This document shows positions 24,701-33,285 of a stretch of DNA of 64,000 bases, piece by piece. Made by a program: the position numbers and the translations under genes. Each line of letters begins with the position of its first letter. Position 1 is the first letter of the stretch. Location: the NCBI GenBank assembly GCA_015064635.1, contig SVRV01000007.1, forward strand, positions 20,602 to 84,601. The letters run 5' to 3'. The notes beneath the pieces are model-generated. The model was not told the origin of the DNA. It ran no database searches and worked only from the letters and a program-made list of their open reading frames with translations. Source of the DNA: Oscillospiraceae bacterium. Its GTDB lineage: Bacteria > Bacillota > Clostridia > Oscillospirales > SIG627.

Positions 24701-26280
24701 CTATGTTCGTAGTCCACGTTCCCGCAATCGAAGGCAGCTCATCCGTAAACTGGAACAGCGGCGACTCTACCGTTGCAACCATTGACCAAAACGGTAAGTT
24801 GACATATATCAAGGAGGGCATCACCTACATTACAGCAACAACAGACTACGGAACGGCAATATGTGCTGTTCAGGTAATCGCAGACGAGGTGGGCACACGT
24901 GTTGTATCCGTGGAGCCTAAATCCGTAAGAGCAACAGTCGGCGGTAAGAGTGTGAAGCTTTCAGCTGCAATTACTCCCGCAGATGACACCGCCACAATAA
25001 GCTGGTCATCTGCCGACACATCAATCGTAGCAGTTGACCCCTACGGCAATCTTACCTTTAACGGCGAGGGTATTACCTACATCACAGCAACCACAATATA
25101 CGGATATGCAATCTGCCCCGTTGTTGTAGAAAGTCTCCCCGAGATATCAATCGAGGGAAATACACTTATCATTGAAAATTACATTTCGGGAGTAACCTAT
25201 GCTTACACCGATACGCCCAATGCCTTGGACAGCTGGACAACCTTCACAACACAAAGAGTTTCACTTCCCAAGGCTAACACGCTCTACTATGTAAAGGTTG
25301 CGGCAACCGAAGGAAATGCCGAAAGTGTCACGGTTGAAGCTCCCGAAAAGACCGACGGTATCACCTTCAAGGGTGCAAGTCTCGTGCTTGACGGTTCAAT
25401 CGGCATGAAGCTTTATTTTGATATTGACACAGAGGTCACCGACCTTGAAAACACCCGTCTTACCTATACCGCAATAGGTGAAGGCAGCTCGGGAGATACC
25501 ACCTTTGAAATCGGAGAGGACGGCAGAACAGCAACTGTTATGCTCTACACTCCCGCAAAGAATATGCCCACCACATATTGGGAAACCTCCCTTGTTTGGG
25601 CAGATAAAAACGGCAACACCACAGATATGGGCTCTCTTGCGGAAAACTTGGGCATTTACAGCTATATTACCTCTCTCAAAAATCTTGCAGCCACGGGAAA
25701 CAAGGATGCTTTGGCGGCACTTGATACAGTAGAAGCTATGGAAACCTACTGTCTCTACGCCGAAAGCTTCTTCCTCTCGGATACTGCTCTTGAGAATGTT
25801 ACGGCGGATGTTACGGAAGATGCTCCTGCTTCAAAGAGCGGTGCAATTGACGGAATAAACCACTATCAGACCTCACTCATTCTTGAAGAAAAGACATCTA
25901 TCCGCCATTATTTTAAAGTGACCGACGAGACGGTGCCGGGCACACTCGAGATAAGCACCGACGGAGGCACATTAGAGTATGACAAGGAGATAAAAAACAA
26001 CGGTGACGTGTCATACATCACGGTTGATATTGCGGATATTCCCGCACAAGACCTTGGCACACAGTACACTCTCACCCTCAAATCGGGTGACAGCACTGCC
26101 ACAGTTACCTATTCCGCAACAAATTACATGGCAAAGACCTCAAATGGCGAGAGCAAGCTTGCAAACCTTTCAAAAACACTGTTCAACTACTTTGAGGAAG
26201 CAAAGGCATATAAAGAATATCTTGACCACCGTGATGACATTGAATCGGACAGTGACGAAACAAATCCCGATCAGTGGTAA
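21763..26280 (+). CDS. Secreted 1505-aa BNR/Asp-box (sialidase-like beta-propeller) protein with lectin-like and multiple Big_2 Ig-like domains
   Basis: Signal peptide. Three SxDxGxTW Asp-boxes (STDDGKTW, SRDGGETW, STDKGITW). Two jelly-roll-like segments ending ..KVWTGEEPTEW / ..RTWVKGDPEPNTW. At least five Big_2-like units (e.g. FTSSDTSVATVTSAGIITPHKAGETTITL). Confidence 0.75.
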   Translation: MKRNFKLFTALAILLLVFSSMSVLASLEKPSKPDVIVASEEADSGFYTYFPDIVNIPAEACENQPNGKLLLVYYRAQQHGSKNDAQSLVSSLEMVESTDDGKTWESKGAIVDQAKLQAWGISSPEKPVEAHDPNLDILPDNTIVFTFWTSTANNASDINTYIMDSRDGGETWSDPIKIPCSHLTYGACKHGDSAIFPDSSNQILIPLYGRADGSESGMDTDVVLVLATKTANGWSFDNEYVFLESDVSNGITYNEVSLVAVSSNTIYALSREPGHLFKSTDKGITWTQIADDNSKNTQQPRTVLLPDGSIFFVWSVHGNNGRPVYGKLFRPEYGWDNIPPRMIYISPRNNSDIADPAPVFTNDGKLFVAYYDSQERYIGGTFTELSDWEVPEIDMNFESRTILHTEDTESGTVGKAFNSSYFYKVGTGATAGINVAEIDGNKVIDFYDLSSAGYPRLMSNATITGNYTVTFDAYFTTFESAYMNFTSAEGGPTFQIDGSTVKVGYQGVIKTTKDLALQTETWYKMKFSRIGNSVFAKVWTGEEPTEWTLKYTLPADVVENQMRFSYYSGASNSHFYVDNIAITRAMEIQVKDTLEVMDGTTDTLTYEIFPAPIEDITVTFTSSDTSVATVTSAGIITPHKAGETTITLSGAGMTAECKVTVVEQKLEASNKGEQIVFWEENLEDNELGTFTTNDFSQYITADRAAATVVEENGNKILRINAELVTGVFHYVSLFGYKSIADDYTLTADFRFNSKTVNVPDGGQTIMFGVQHATGNYLMNVKTDKVTFSDNSGKVQCELAKEHTPGIWYTARISRAGNVIYGRTWVKGDPEPNTWDVLYTGIDIGKAGTMRVTYQSASTGYYGGSQSADFDNIYASRRAEVSINDTYISGRAGESVLLKGVVTPDVLSKTPAITAGWYSDNEDIATVTATGRVTFVAPGTTKVNYKVGLKTVKSCTVEVSKGYKPYINKAATTGKVGMSETMFVVHVPAIEGSSSVNWNSGDSTVATIDQNGKLTYIKEGITYITATTDYGTAICAVQVIADEVGTRVVSVEPKSVRATVGGKSVKLSAAITPADDTATISWSSADTSIVAVDPYGNLTFNGEGITYITATTIYGYAICPVVVESLPEISIEGNTLIIENYISGVTYAYTDTPNALDSWTTFTTQRVSLPKANTLYYVKVAATEGNAESVTVEAPEKTDGITFKGASLVLDGSIGMKLYFDIDTEVTDLENTRLTYTAIGEGSSGDTTFEIGEDGRTATVMLYTPAKNMPTTYWETSLVWADKNGNTTDMGSLAENLGIYSYITSLKNLAATGNKDALAALDTVEAMETYCLYAESFFLSDTALENVTADVTEDAPASKSGAIDGINHYQTSLILEEKTSIRHYFKVTDETVPGTLEISTDGGTLEYDKEIKNNGDVSYITVDIADIPAQDLGTQYTLTLKSGDSTATVTYSATNYMAKTSNGESKLANLSKTLFNYFEEAKAYKEYLDHRDDIESDSDETNPDQW

Positions 26281-26339
26281 CCGATAAAAAATATGAAAAG
26301 TCCGAACCGTTTAAATACGGATATTCCTTAATGTGAATA

Positions 26340-26380
26340 AGGGCTGTTTAAAAACCCGAACAGAGTTTTTAAGCAGCCCT
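26340..26380. terminator. Bidirectional terminator hairpin between convergent genes
   Basis: 16-bp stem AGGGCTGTTTAAAAAC / GTTTTTAAGCAGCCCT with 1 mismatch. A T-rich tract follows on the + strand. Confidence 0.75.
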
Positions 26381-26386
26381 GAATTT

Positions 26387-27046
26387 TTATCTTTTTCTTT
26401 TTTTGTAGTCCTCGTCAATCGCATGGCTCCAGCTTCTGTCAATGCACTTTCCGGTACGCATACTTCCAACAGCATCCGAAACCGACTTGTACAACACTCT
26501 CGTGCCTTTGCTGTCGGCATTGTAATTCACCGCTCTGTCCTTTGAAATTCCGTATCTTGCCGCTGTTTCAACAGCATCAATGTTTGCACCGATAAATAGG
26601 AATTCCCAGCCGTGCTCCTCTTTTTGTCTTTCAATCATAGCCTTGACCTTGTTGCTTGTGTACTTGTGGCTTGAATTTTCCATACCGTCAGTGGTAATGA
26701 CGAAAACAGTGTGCTCCGGTACATCCTCACGCCTTATATACTTGTGAACGTTGCCAATGTGGTGAATCGCACCGCCGATTGCGTCAATGAGCGCCGTACA
26801 GCCTCTCACCGTATACTCCTTGTCGGTCATGGGACTAATCTCCGAAAGCTTTACTCTGTCGTGGAGCACCTCGGAAACATCGTCAAAGAGCACCGTGGAA
26901 ATATAACATTCACCGTCCTCCTTCTTTTGCTTTTCAATCATGGAATTGAAGCCTCCGATGGTGTCATCCTCAAGTCCGCTCATAGAACCGCTCCTGTCAA
27001 TAATGAATACAAGCTCTGTAATACCGTTTTTAACCTTTTCAACCAT
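26387..27046 (-). CDS. von Willebrand factor A (vWA) domain protein
   Basis: Start at MVEKVKNG (ATG 27046..27044, GGAGG RBS 8 nt upstream). MIDAS motif DRSGSMSG. Confidence 0.8.
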   Translation of the reverse strand: MVEKVKNGITELVFIIDRSGSMSGLEDDTIGGFNSMIEKQKKEDGECYISTVLFDDVSEVLHDRVKLSEISPMTDKEYTVRGCTALIDAIGGAIHHIGNVHKYIRREDVPEHTVFVITTDGMENSSHKYTSNKVKAMIERQKEEHGWEFLFIGANIDAVETAARYGISKDRAVNYNADSKGTRVLYKSVSDAVGSMRTGKCIDRSWSHAIDEDYKKRKR

Positions 27047-27149
27047 TTTTATTACCTCCAAAAAATTAATGTGACTGTTTGGTTTTCTTTACCTTACAGC
27101 CACATTATATTTCATTATCCCGTTTTAAAGGTCGCTCATCGGGAGACAT

Positions 27150-28193
27150 TTATACTCCCAAAAGGCTCTGGTCAAATTTATACAAAACCTCATTTACATC
27201 AAACACGCTCTCATACTCTCCCGAGGTGATAAAGTACTCGATTATCACATCAAAAAGAGAGCTGTGAGAAAGGGACATTCCCACCGTATTCAAAAGGTGA
27301 TTTGTTTCCTCTATATTCAGTCTGAGTCCGATTGCAAAGGATACCGCCGTTATTTTACTCGGTCTGTAATCCTTGTTGCACTTGATTTTTGAAAAGGTCT
27401 TTTTATCCACGTTTGATCTCTTGTAGCACTCTACATCGGTAACACCTTTTTTGTCAATGTAGTAGAAAAGAGTGTCGGCAAAACCCTTGTCCATGTTACG
27501 AATCATTTCATCAAGGGTAGTGCCTTCCTTTGCTGCGGAGGCAACGGCTCTCGGCTTTCGCCCCAAAGCCTTGAAAATGCTTTTCTTCCCTTTAGGCGCT
27601 TCAGGAGCGATAGATGCCATAAAAACAGGCTCTTCGGTGATTGGACAGCTGCGTTCGAAATTGCTTTCCTCTACATAGTGGTCGTCAATATAAGAGGATA
27701 CATCCGAATAGACCTTTTGACTTATCTCGTAGGCTTCCTTATCAAATACCACGAGAAGTACATCCATTTCATTATCAAAAAGGAAATCGCTTATTACCTT
27801 GGTTGCAATTTTCAGCACTCTGTCCTTGGGAAAGCCGTAAGTACCCGATGCAATTAGCGGAAATGCCACGCTTTCACACTTGTATTCAAGGGCAAGGTGT
27901 AAGGACGATTTATAGCAGGACACGAGCAATTCCTCGGGATTTACCTCTTTATGCCAATCGGGTCCCGCCGTATGAATCACATACTTGCAGGGTAAATCGA
28001 AGGCAGGTGTTATCCTGGCGCCTCCAACCTCGCATCCACCAAGCTTTTTGCAATGTTCCAAAAGTGCCTCACCCGCCGCCCGATGTATGGCAAGGTCAGC
28101 ACCTCCACCCGGCATCATTTTTTCGTTTGTGGGATTGACAATGGCGTCACATTCTATTTTCGTTATATCCTGTCTTATAATTTTAAGGGGCAT
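27150..28193 (-). CDS. Macro domain (ADP-ribose binding/hydrolase) protein fused to a C-terminal HTH-like domain
   Basis: The N-terminal 170 aa carry macro motifs (IVNPTNEKMMPGGGADLAIHRAAG, VIHTAGPDW). The C-terminal ~110 aa look like an XRE-type HTH (TFSKIKC..PSKITAVSFAIGLRLNIEETNHLL). Confidence 0.75.
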   Translation of the reverse strand: MPLKIIRQDITKIECDAIVNPTNEKMMPGGGADLAIHRAAGEALLEHCKKLGGCEVGGARITPAFDLPCKYVIHTAGPDWHKEVNPEELLVSCYKSSLHLALEYKCESVAFPLIASGTYGFPKDRVLKIATKVISDFLFDNEMDVLLVVFDKEAYEISQKVYSDVSSYIDDHYVEESNFERSCPITEEPVFMASIAPEAPKGKKSIFKALGRKPRAVASAAKEGTTLDEMIRNMDKGFADTLFYYIDKKGVTDVECYKRSNVDKKTFSKIKCNKDYRPSKITAVSFAIGLRLNIEETNHLLNTVGMSLSHSSLFDVIIEYFITSGEYESVFDVNEVLYKFDQSLLGV

Positions 28194-28202
28194 AATATCA
28201 CC

Positions 28203-29384
28203 TTACTTCAAATCGTTTTCGTGAAGGACAACTCCGTTTTCCACAAGCTTTTTCTGTAAAGCACTCACATCAAGAGATGCAAAATCGTCGGTCATTGCCG
28301 CCGCTACTCCCGCCGCCTCGCCTGTCACGGCACAGCAGGGAATCACTCGCATGATATCCCACATAACATCGCCCACCGAGGTGATGCGTCCCGCACATAT
28401 AAGATTTTTAACCTTTTTGCTATAAAGAGTCCTAAAGGGAACTTCGTAGACCGGCCCTCTCTTGCGCCAATTTGAAACCATGCCCACGGAATCCTCGAAA
28501 TACTTATGCTCCTCTTCAATCTCAAGGGTGTATTCACCCGCAATACGCCTTGTCATTCTCAGCTGGGGAATGGTGGCAATAGTGACGGGAACGGTGGTCT
28601 CATCCGTTTCACGCTTCTTTATAATATCTTTTAAAAGATGCTCGTGAGATTCACACATCATCCTTGATATTTCCTCACCGTCAAGACCGGTGTAACGGTT
28701 TGGTGAGATAAGCGGTATTTCTTCTGTTCCGAGCAAGTCGGCATAGCCGAGCATCTTCAGATCAAAGCCCGATTTATTAAGGAAATAGTACCACGCCGCA
28801 AGGACGTTCTTTGGCTTGAACGTTTCAGTGGGAGCATTTGCAAACTTCGCTATGTCCGCATCCCCCGTTGCATCAACCACAGATGTAACCTTATACGCCT
28901 GTCTGCCCGACTTGTTTTCGCAAATAATGTGGTCTATCTTATCCCCGTTCATGTTGACACCGACGGCGTAGGTACCGTAGAGAATGTCCACACCCTCGGA
29001 CAAAAGAAGCTTTTCGGCAAGTATGGCAAAAAGCTGTGCATTGTACTGCACCTCGAAACGTTTGTCATTTTCTGTCCTTGTACCAACGCCGTCAAGCCAG
29101 TTTTCGGGGTATCTCGCCTCAGCACCCATTGATATGGATAGGCGGAACAATTCCTCGGCAATGCCGAAGGATACCTGCTTACCGAATCCGTCACAAAGTG
29201 GCAGATAAATGGTTACAAGTCCCGCTGTACCAAGTCCGCCAAGCATAAAGGTCCTTTCAAAAAGCACAGTTTTCTTACCCCTGCGAGCAGAAGCCAGCGC
29301 CGCCGAAATGCCTGCAAAGCCGCCTCCGCAGACAGCAACATCATATTCACCCGCTACCCTTGTTTCGATGATCTCTTTTATCAT
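28203..29384 (-). CDS. FAD-dependent oxidoreductase
   Basis: 393 aa with an N-terminal dinucleotide-binding motif (DVAVCGGGFAGISAALASA). ATGA overlap with the HAD gene stop. Confidence 0.75.
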   Translation of the reverse strand: MIKEIIETRVAGEYDVAVCGGGFAGISAALASARRGKKTVLFERTFMLGGLGTAGLVTIYLPLCDGFGKQVSFGIAEELFRLSISMGAEARYPENWLDGVGTRTENDKRFEVQYNAQLFAILAEKLLLSEGVDILYGTYAVGVNMNGDKIDHIICENKSGRQAYKVTSVVDATGDADIAKFANAPTETFKPKNVLAAWYYFLNKSGFDLKMLGYADLLGTEEIPLISPNRYTGLDGEEISRMMCESHEHLLKDIIKKRETDETTVPVTIATIPQLRMTRRIAGEYTLEIEEEHKYFEDSVGMVSNWRKRGPVYEVPFRTLYSKKVKNLICAGRITSVGDVMWDIMRVIPCCAVTGEAAGVAAAMTDDFASLDVSALQKKLVENGVVLHENDLK

Positions 29385-30049
29385 AAAAGCACCTCCGCCG
29401 CTTTCTTCAGCGTTTCTCCATCATTTATGTATATATCCGAAGCACTCTTTGCCCTATCCTGCCCAAAATTGTATCTGTCATATATTCCAACAGTGCGAAA
29501 GCCCGCCCTTGAAGCTGTCTCAAGAGCCACAGCCGAGTCCTCGAAAACCCAGGTGGTATCAAGGTCTGTGCCAAGATACTCAAGAGCCTTCAAAAATACG
29601 TCGGGATGCTCCTTGCCACGACCAACGTCAGCGCAGGAAATAAGCTCCGGGAAATATCCGTCTATACCGCAATGCACCATTGCAAGCTTCACAAGGTCGG
29701 GTGCTGTCGCCGATGCAATGCACATTTTTACCCCATTTTTCCGAAGACCTTCAAGGAACTCCGAAACGCCGCTCTTCAGTTTTACATCCGTTTTATAAAA
29801 ATTCGCCATAAAATCCGTCACATAACGCCACAAAGCCTCGCCGCTTTCGTCAATGCCGTAGTTTTTGTGAATGAGAGCCATGGCATCAATGAGAGTCATC
29901 GTCCTCACAGCCCTGTCATCCTCCCGAGACGGACGGAAACCGCTCTTTCCGAGAAAATGCACACCCAGATTTTCCCACAGCACATCCCATATCATAAGTG
30001 AATCCACCAACGTGCCGTCCATATCAAATATCGCGCCCGTAATTTTCAT
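29381..30049 (-). CDS. HAD-IA family hydrolase (beta-phosphoglucomutase-like)
   Basis: Start at MKITGAIFDMDGTLVDS (ATG 30049..30047). DxDxT motif I. Confidence 0.8.
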   Translation of the reverse strand: MKITGAIFDMDGTLVDSLMIWDVLWENLGVHFLGKSGFRPSREDDRAVRTMTLIDAMALIHKNYGIDESGEALWRYVTDFMANFYKTDVKLKSGVSEFLEGLRKNGVKMCIASATAPDLVKLAMVHCGIDGYFPELISCADVGRGKEHPDVFLKALEYLGTDLDTTWVFEDSAVALETASRAGFRTVGIYDRYNFGQDRAKSASDIYINDGETLKKAAEVLL

Positions 30050-30104
30050 TATGTCCTCCGAAAAATCATACTGTAAACAATATAACACATAAAAGCGCAA
30101 AAAT

Positions 30105-30147
30105 CAAGAAAAAAGCTGCTTTGAATTGTTTATTCAAGGCAGCTTTT
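30105..30147 (-). terminator. Rho-independent terminator after the yitT-like gene
   Basis: 15-bp stem AAAAGCTGCTTTGAA / TTCAAGGCAGCTTTT (one G-T pair), with a T tract in the minus sense. Confidence 0.75.
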
Positions 30148-30152
30148 TGAAT

Positions 30153-31004
30153 TTATCTGTAAACAAAGAAACCGTTTCCGACTATCTGTTGAGATTCGGA
30201 ATATATTATAAAGACAGATGGGTCGAAGTTTTCAATTTTTCGCTGGAATTCGGGAATTTCCGAATTTTTCAAGGCACAGATGAGCACCTGTCTGTCCTCA
30301 CCGGTATATGCTCCCGTGGCGTTGATAAGAGTCACGCCTCTCGGAGAGGTGGAAACCAGCATTGAGGACAGCTCCTCCCCTTTGGACGTTATAACAAAGG
30401 CAAGCTTTGAAATGTTCATTTTGGATATGAGATAGTCCACTGCAAAGGTAGAAATTGCAAGTGCCAAAATTCCGTAGAGTGCAAGGTCGATTTGTCTGAA
30501 GGTGACAAGAGATATAACGATTATAACACCGTCAACTATCATAAGCAGCCTTCCCACAGCAATAGAAGGGTTGAAGCGCTGTATTATACGTGCAACTATA
30601 TCCGTACCGCCTGTTGAAGCACCTGCAAGGAAAGCAATTCCTATTCCCACGCCGTAAAGCACCGAGCCGAATACCGTGGCAAGTATGGGGTCGAAGGTTA
30701 ATGGAGGGAAATATGACAGAAGCTGTACAAACAGTGATATGCCTGCCGCCCCCACAATCGTCTTGAAAACAAACCCACGTCCGAGAATGATAAGAGCAAG
30801 CAAAAGCAACACTCCGTTCAAGAGACCGTAGGTAAGACCCGGTGCAACGCCTATGGCGTGAAATCCCACTGTGGCAAGACCCGAAACACCGCCGCTTACA
30901 ATTTTTGCAGGTATGTAAAAAAGAGATACTCCCATGGCTGTTATAAACGAGCCGAGCACCGTCAAAAACAGAGACTTTAATTTAAACATCTTTAGTTTTT
31001 TCAT
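30153..31004 (-). CDS. YitT family membrane protein (DUF2179)
   Basis: 283-aa multi-TM protein with the GGVSG motif and a C-terminal DUF2179-like domain. Confidence 0.8.
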   Translation of the reverse strand: MKKLKMFKLKSLFLTVLGSFITAMGVSLFYIPAKIVSGGVSGLATVGFHAIGVAPGLTYGLLNGVLLLLALIILGRGFVFKTIVGAAGISLFVQLLSYFPPLTFDPILATVFGSVLYGVGIGIAFLAGASTGGTDIVARIIQRFNPSIAVGRLLMIVDGVIIVISLVTFRQIDLALYGILALAISTFAVDYLISKMNISKLAFVITSKGEELSSMLVSTSPRGVTLINATGAYTGEDRQVLICALKNSEIPEFQRKIENFDPSVFIIYSESQQIVGNGFFVYR

Positions 31005-31284
31005 TTTCTTTTCCTTATTTTATTTTTTACTATTGTACAACTTTATCGCCGAATAATCAATGGCTGTTTTCGACTTTGTACCGAAAAATATTTCTATTTT
31101 CGGCGTTTTTCCAAAAATATTTCGTTTTATCGTTTTGGGTGCTTTTTTTACGCGTATTTGTGCTTTTTCACAAGTGTTTTTTTGATTTTTTTAAAATATT
31201 TCCATTTTTGAGAGTATATAATTATGTAAAATTTGTTAAATTTGCTAAAATTTGTTAAAAACTACACAAAATTCATATGAAAGT

Positions 31285-31313
31285 GTGTTAAAAATTGTAT
31301 TATGTGCTATAAT
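31285..31313 (+). promoter_or_regulatory. Extended -10 promoter (TGcTATAAT) for the glycogen operon
   Basis: TGCTATAAT at 31305..31313, 45 nt upstream of glgB. The -35 is weak. Confidence 0.5.
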
Positions 31314-31358
31314 ATTTACAATGGAGTAATTGTATTATTTTAAGAAAGGCAAACAGAC

Positions 31359-33251
31359 ATGAGTGAAAACCTTGCGACTTATTATTTTCATCAGGGAACA
31401 ACTACACACGCCTTTGATTATATGGGGGTACACCGTGAAAATGACGGCAAATACACCTTCCGAGTGTGGGCTCCCAATGCAGACTATGTTTCTGTTGTAG
31501 GTGATTTTAACTCATGGGACCCAGGTGCACTTCCCTTGGTACGCATAACAGATGCGGGAATATGGGAAGGCGTGAGCGAGAGCGCAAAGGAGGGCAATTG
31601 CTATAAATACTTCATCAGAAATGGCTCAAAGGAAGTATTCAAGGCTGACCCTTACGGAACTCTCTGTCAGCTTCCGCCCGAAACGGCAAGTGTCATTTTT
31701 GACATTTCCTCATTCACCTGGAGTGATGCCTCATTTTTAAAGTACAGAAAAAAGAAATATACAAGAGAGACGGCTCTTTCCTCTCCCTTGAACATTTACG
31801 AGGTGCATCCCGCCTCTTGGAAGAAGCACCCAGACGGCTCACATCTAACCTACCGTGAGCTTGCCGAGGATTTATCGGTGTATGTGAAGCAAATGGGGTA
31901 TACTCACGTTGAGCTGATGCCCGTTGCGGAGCATCCCTTTGACGGCTCTTGGGGATATCAGGTCTGCGGATACTACGCACCAACATCAAGATTCGGAACA
32001 CCTCTTGACTTTATGGCTTTTGTGGATAAAATGCACGAAGCGGGAATAGGTGTAATTTTAGACTGGGTACCCGCACATTTCCCAAAGGACGCCCACGGAC
32101 TCTATGAGTTCGACGGTCAGCCTCTTTACGAATATCAGGGCAAGGACAGAATCGAGCACGAGGGATGGGGCACGAGACGTTTTGACGTAGGACGTGAGGA
32201 AGTGCAAAGCTTTCTCGTTTCAAACGCTTACTACTGGATTGAAAAATATCACATTGACGGACTTCGTGTGGATGCGGTTGCATCAATGCTCTATCTCGAC
32301 TATGACAAACGTCCCGGTGAATGGGTGCCAAATGTCTACGGAACGAATAAATGTCTTGAGGCTGTGGCGTTCTTTCAAAAGCTCAACGGCTGTCTTGCAA
32401 AGGACCACCCCGACGTTATGACAATAGCCGAGGAATCCACAGCGTTTGCCAACGTTACGGGATTTGAAAATGACGGTCTGGGATTCACCTTCAAATGGAA
32501 TATGGGATGGATGAACGATACCCTCTCATATGCGGAGGAGGACCCTCTCTTCCGAAAGTATCATCACAACAAGATAAATTTTTCTCTCTCCTATGCATTT
32601 TCGGAGAAATACCTTCTGCCAATATCTCACGACGAGGTGGTGCACGGTAAGAAATCTCTTCTCGACCGAATGCCGGGAGAATACGAAAATAAATTTGCGG
32701 GAACACGTGCCTTTCTCGCCTACATGATGGCACATCCCGGAAAGAAGCTCCTGTTTATGGGATGCGAGATAGGACAGTTCACCGAATGGAACTACAAGGA
32801 CAGCGTGGAGTGGTTCTTGACCGATTATGAAAAGCATGCCTGCCTTCAGGAATATACTTCCGTGCTCAATTCCTTCTATCTTGAAAACCCCGCCCTTTGG
32901 GAAAACGATACCTCATGGGATGGCTTTCAGTGGATAGATGCGGACAATGCAGATCAAAGCATTGCCTCATGGCGAAGAATAGACAAAAAAGGACGTGAGC
33001 TTGCTGTTATAATAAACTTCACCCCTGTGGACTACCCCGATTTTCTCCTTGCCGTGCCCGACGGTACCTGGATTGAGGTGTTGAACAGTGACGAGGTACG
33101 CTTCGGAGGAGGCGGCAGAACGAATGAAGGCGTTTTGAAAACCGAGCCCTGTATGCTCAGCGGATATTCGAGAGCGATACGTATAAAGCTCCCCCCTCTT
33201 TCGGCTGTAATATTCAAATGTACAAGAAAAAAAGCAAACAAAAAACTGTAA
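31359..33251 (+). CDS. glgB: 1,4-alpha-glucan branching enzyme
   Basis: 630 aa GH13 branching enzyme (VILDWVPAHF, GLRVDAVASM). Confidence 0.92.
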   Translation: MSENLATYYFHQGTTTHAFDYMGVHRENDGKYTFRVWAPNADYVSVVGDFNSWDPGALPLVRITDAGIWEGVSESAKEGNCYKYFIRNGSKEVFKADPYGTLCQLPPETASVIFDISSFTWSDASFLKYRKKKYTRETALSSPLNIYEVHPASWKKHPDGSHLTYRELAEDLSVYVKQMGYTHVELMPVAEHPFDGSWGYQVCGYYAPTSRFGTPLDFMAFVDKMHEAGIGVILDWVPAHFPKDAHGLYEFDGQPLYEYQGKDRIEHEGWGTRRFDVGREEVQSFLVSNAYYWIEKYHIDGLRVDAVASMLYLDYDKRPGEWVPNVYGTNKCLEAVAFFQKLNGCLAKDHPDVMTIAEESTAFANVTGFENDGLGFTFKWNMGWMNDTLSYAEEDPLFRKYHHNKINFSLSYAFSEKYLLPISHDEVVHGKKSLLDRMPGEYENKFAGTRAFLAYMMAHPGKKLLFMGCEIGQFTEWNYKDSVEWFLTDYEKHACLQEYTSVLNSFYLENPALWENDTSWDGFQWIDADNADQSIASWRRIDKKGRELAVIINFTPVDYPDFLLAVPDGTWIEVLNSDEVRFGGGGRTNEGVLKTEPCMLSGYSRAIRIKLPPLSAVIFKCTRKKANKKL

Positions 33252-33285
33252 TTGCCAAAAATAACATACTACGGAGGAAAGCATC

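Noticed and set aside
26387-28193. Macro plus vWA gene pair as an anti-phage defence system
   Set aside because: There are no nuclease, ATPase, SIR2/TIR or mobile-element neighbours, and the pair sits in an operon with HAD and FAD enzymes. The evidence is insufficient, so I report it only as an unusual operon.
31076-31258. 60-aa Phe/Lys-rich ORF upstream of glgB
   Set aside because: It is an AT-rich promoter region with no RBS and a compositional artefact.
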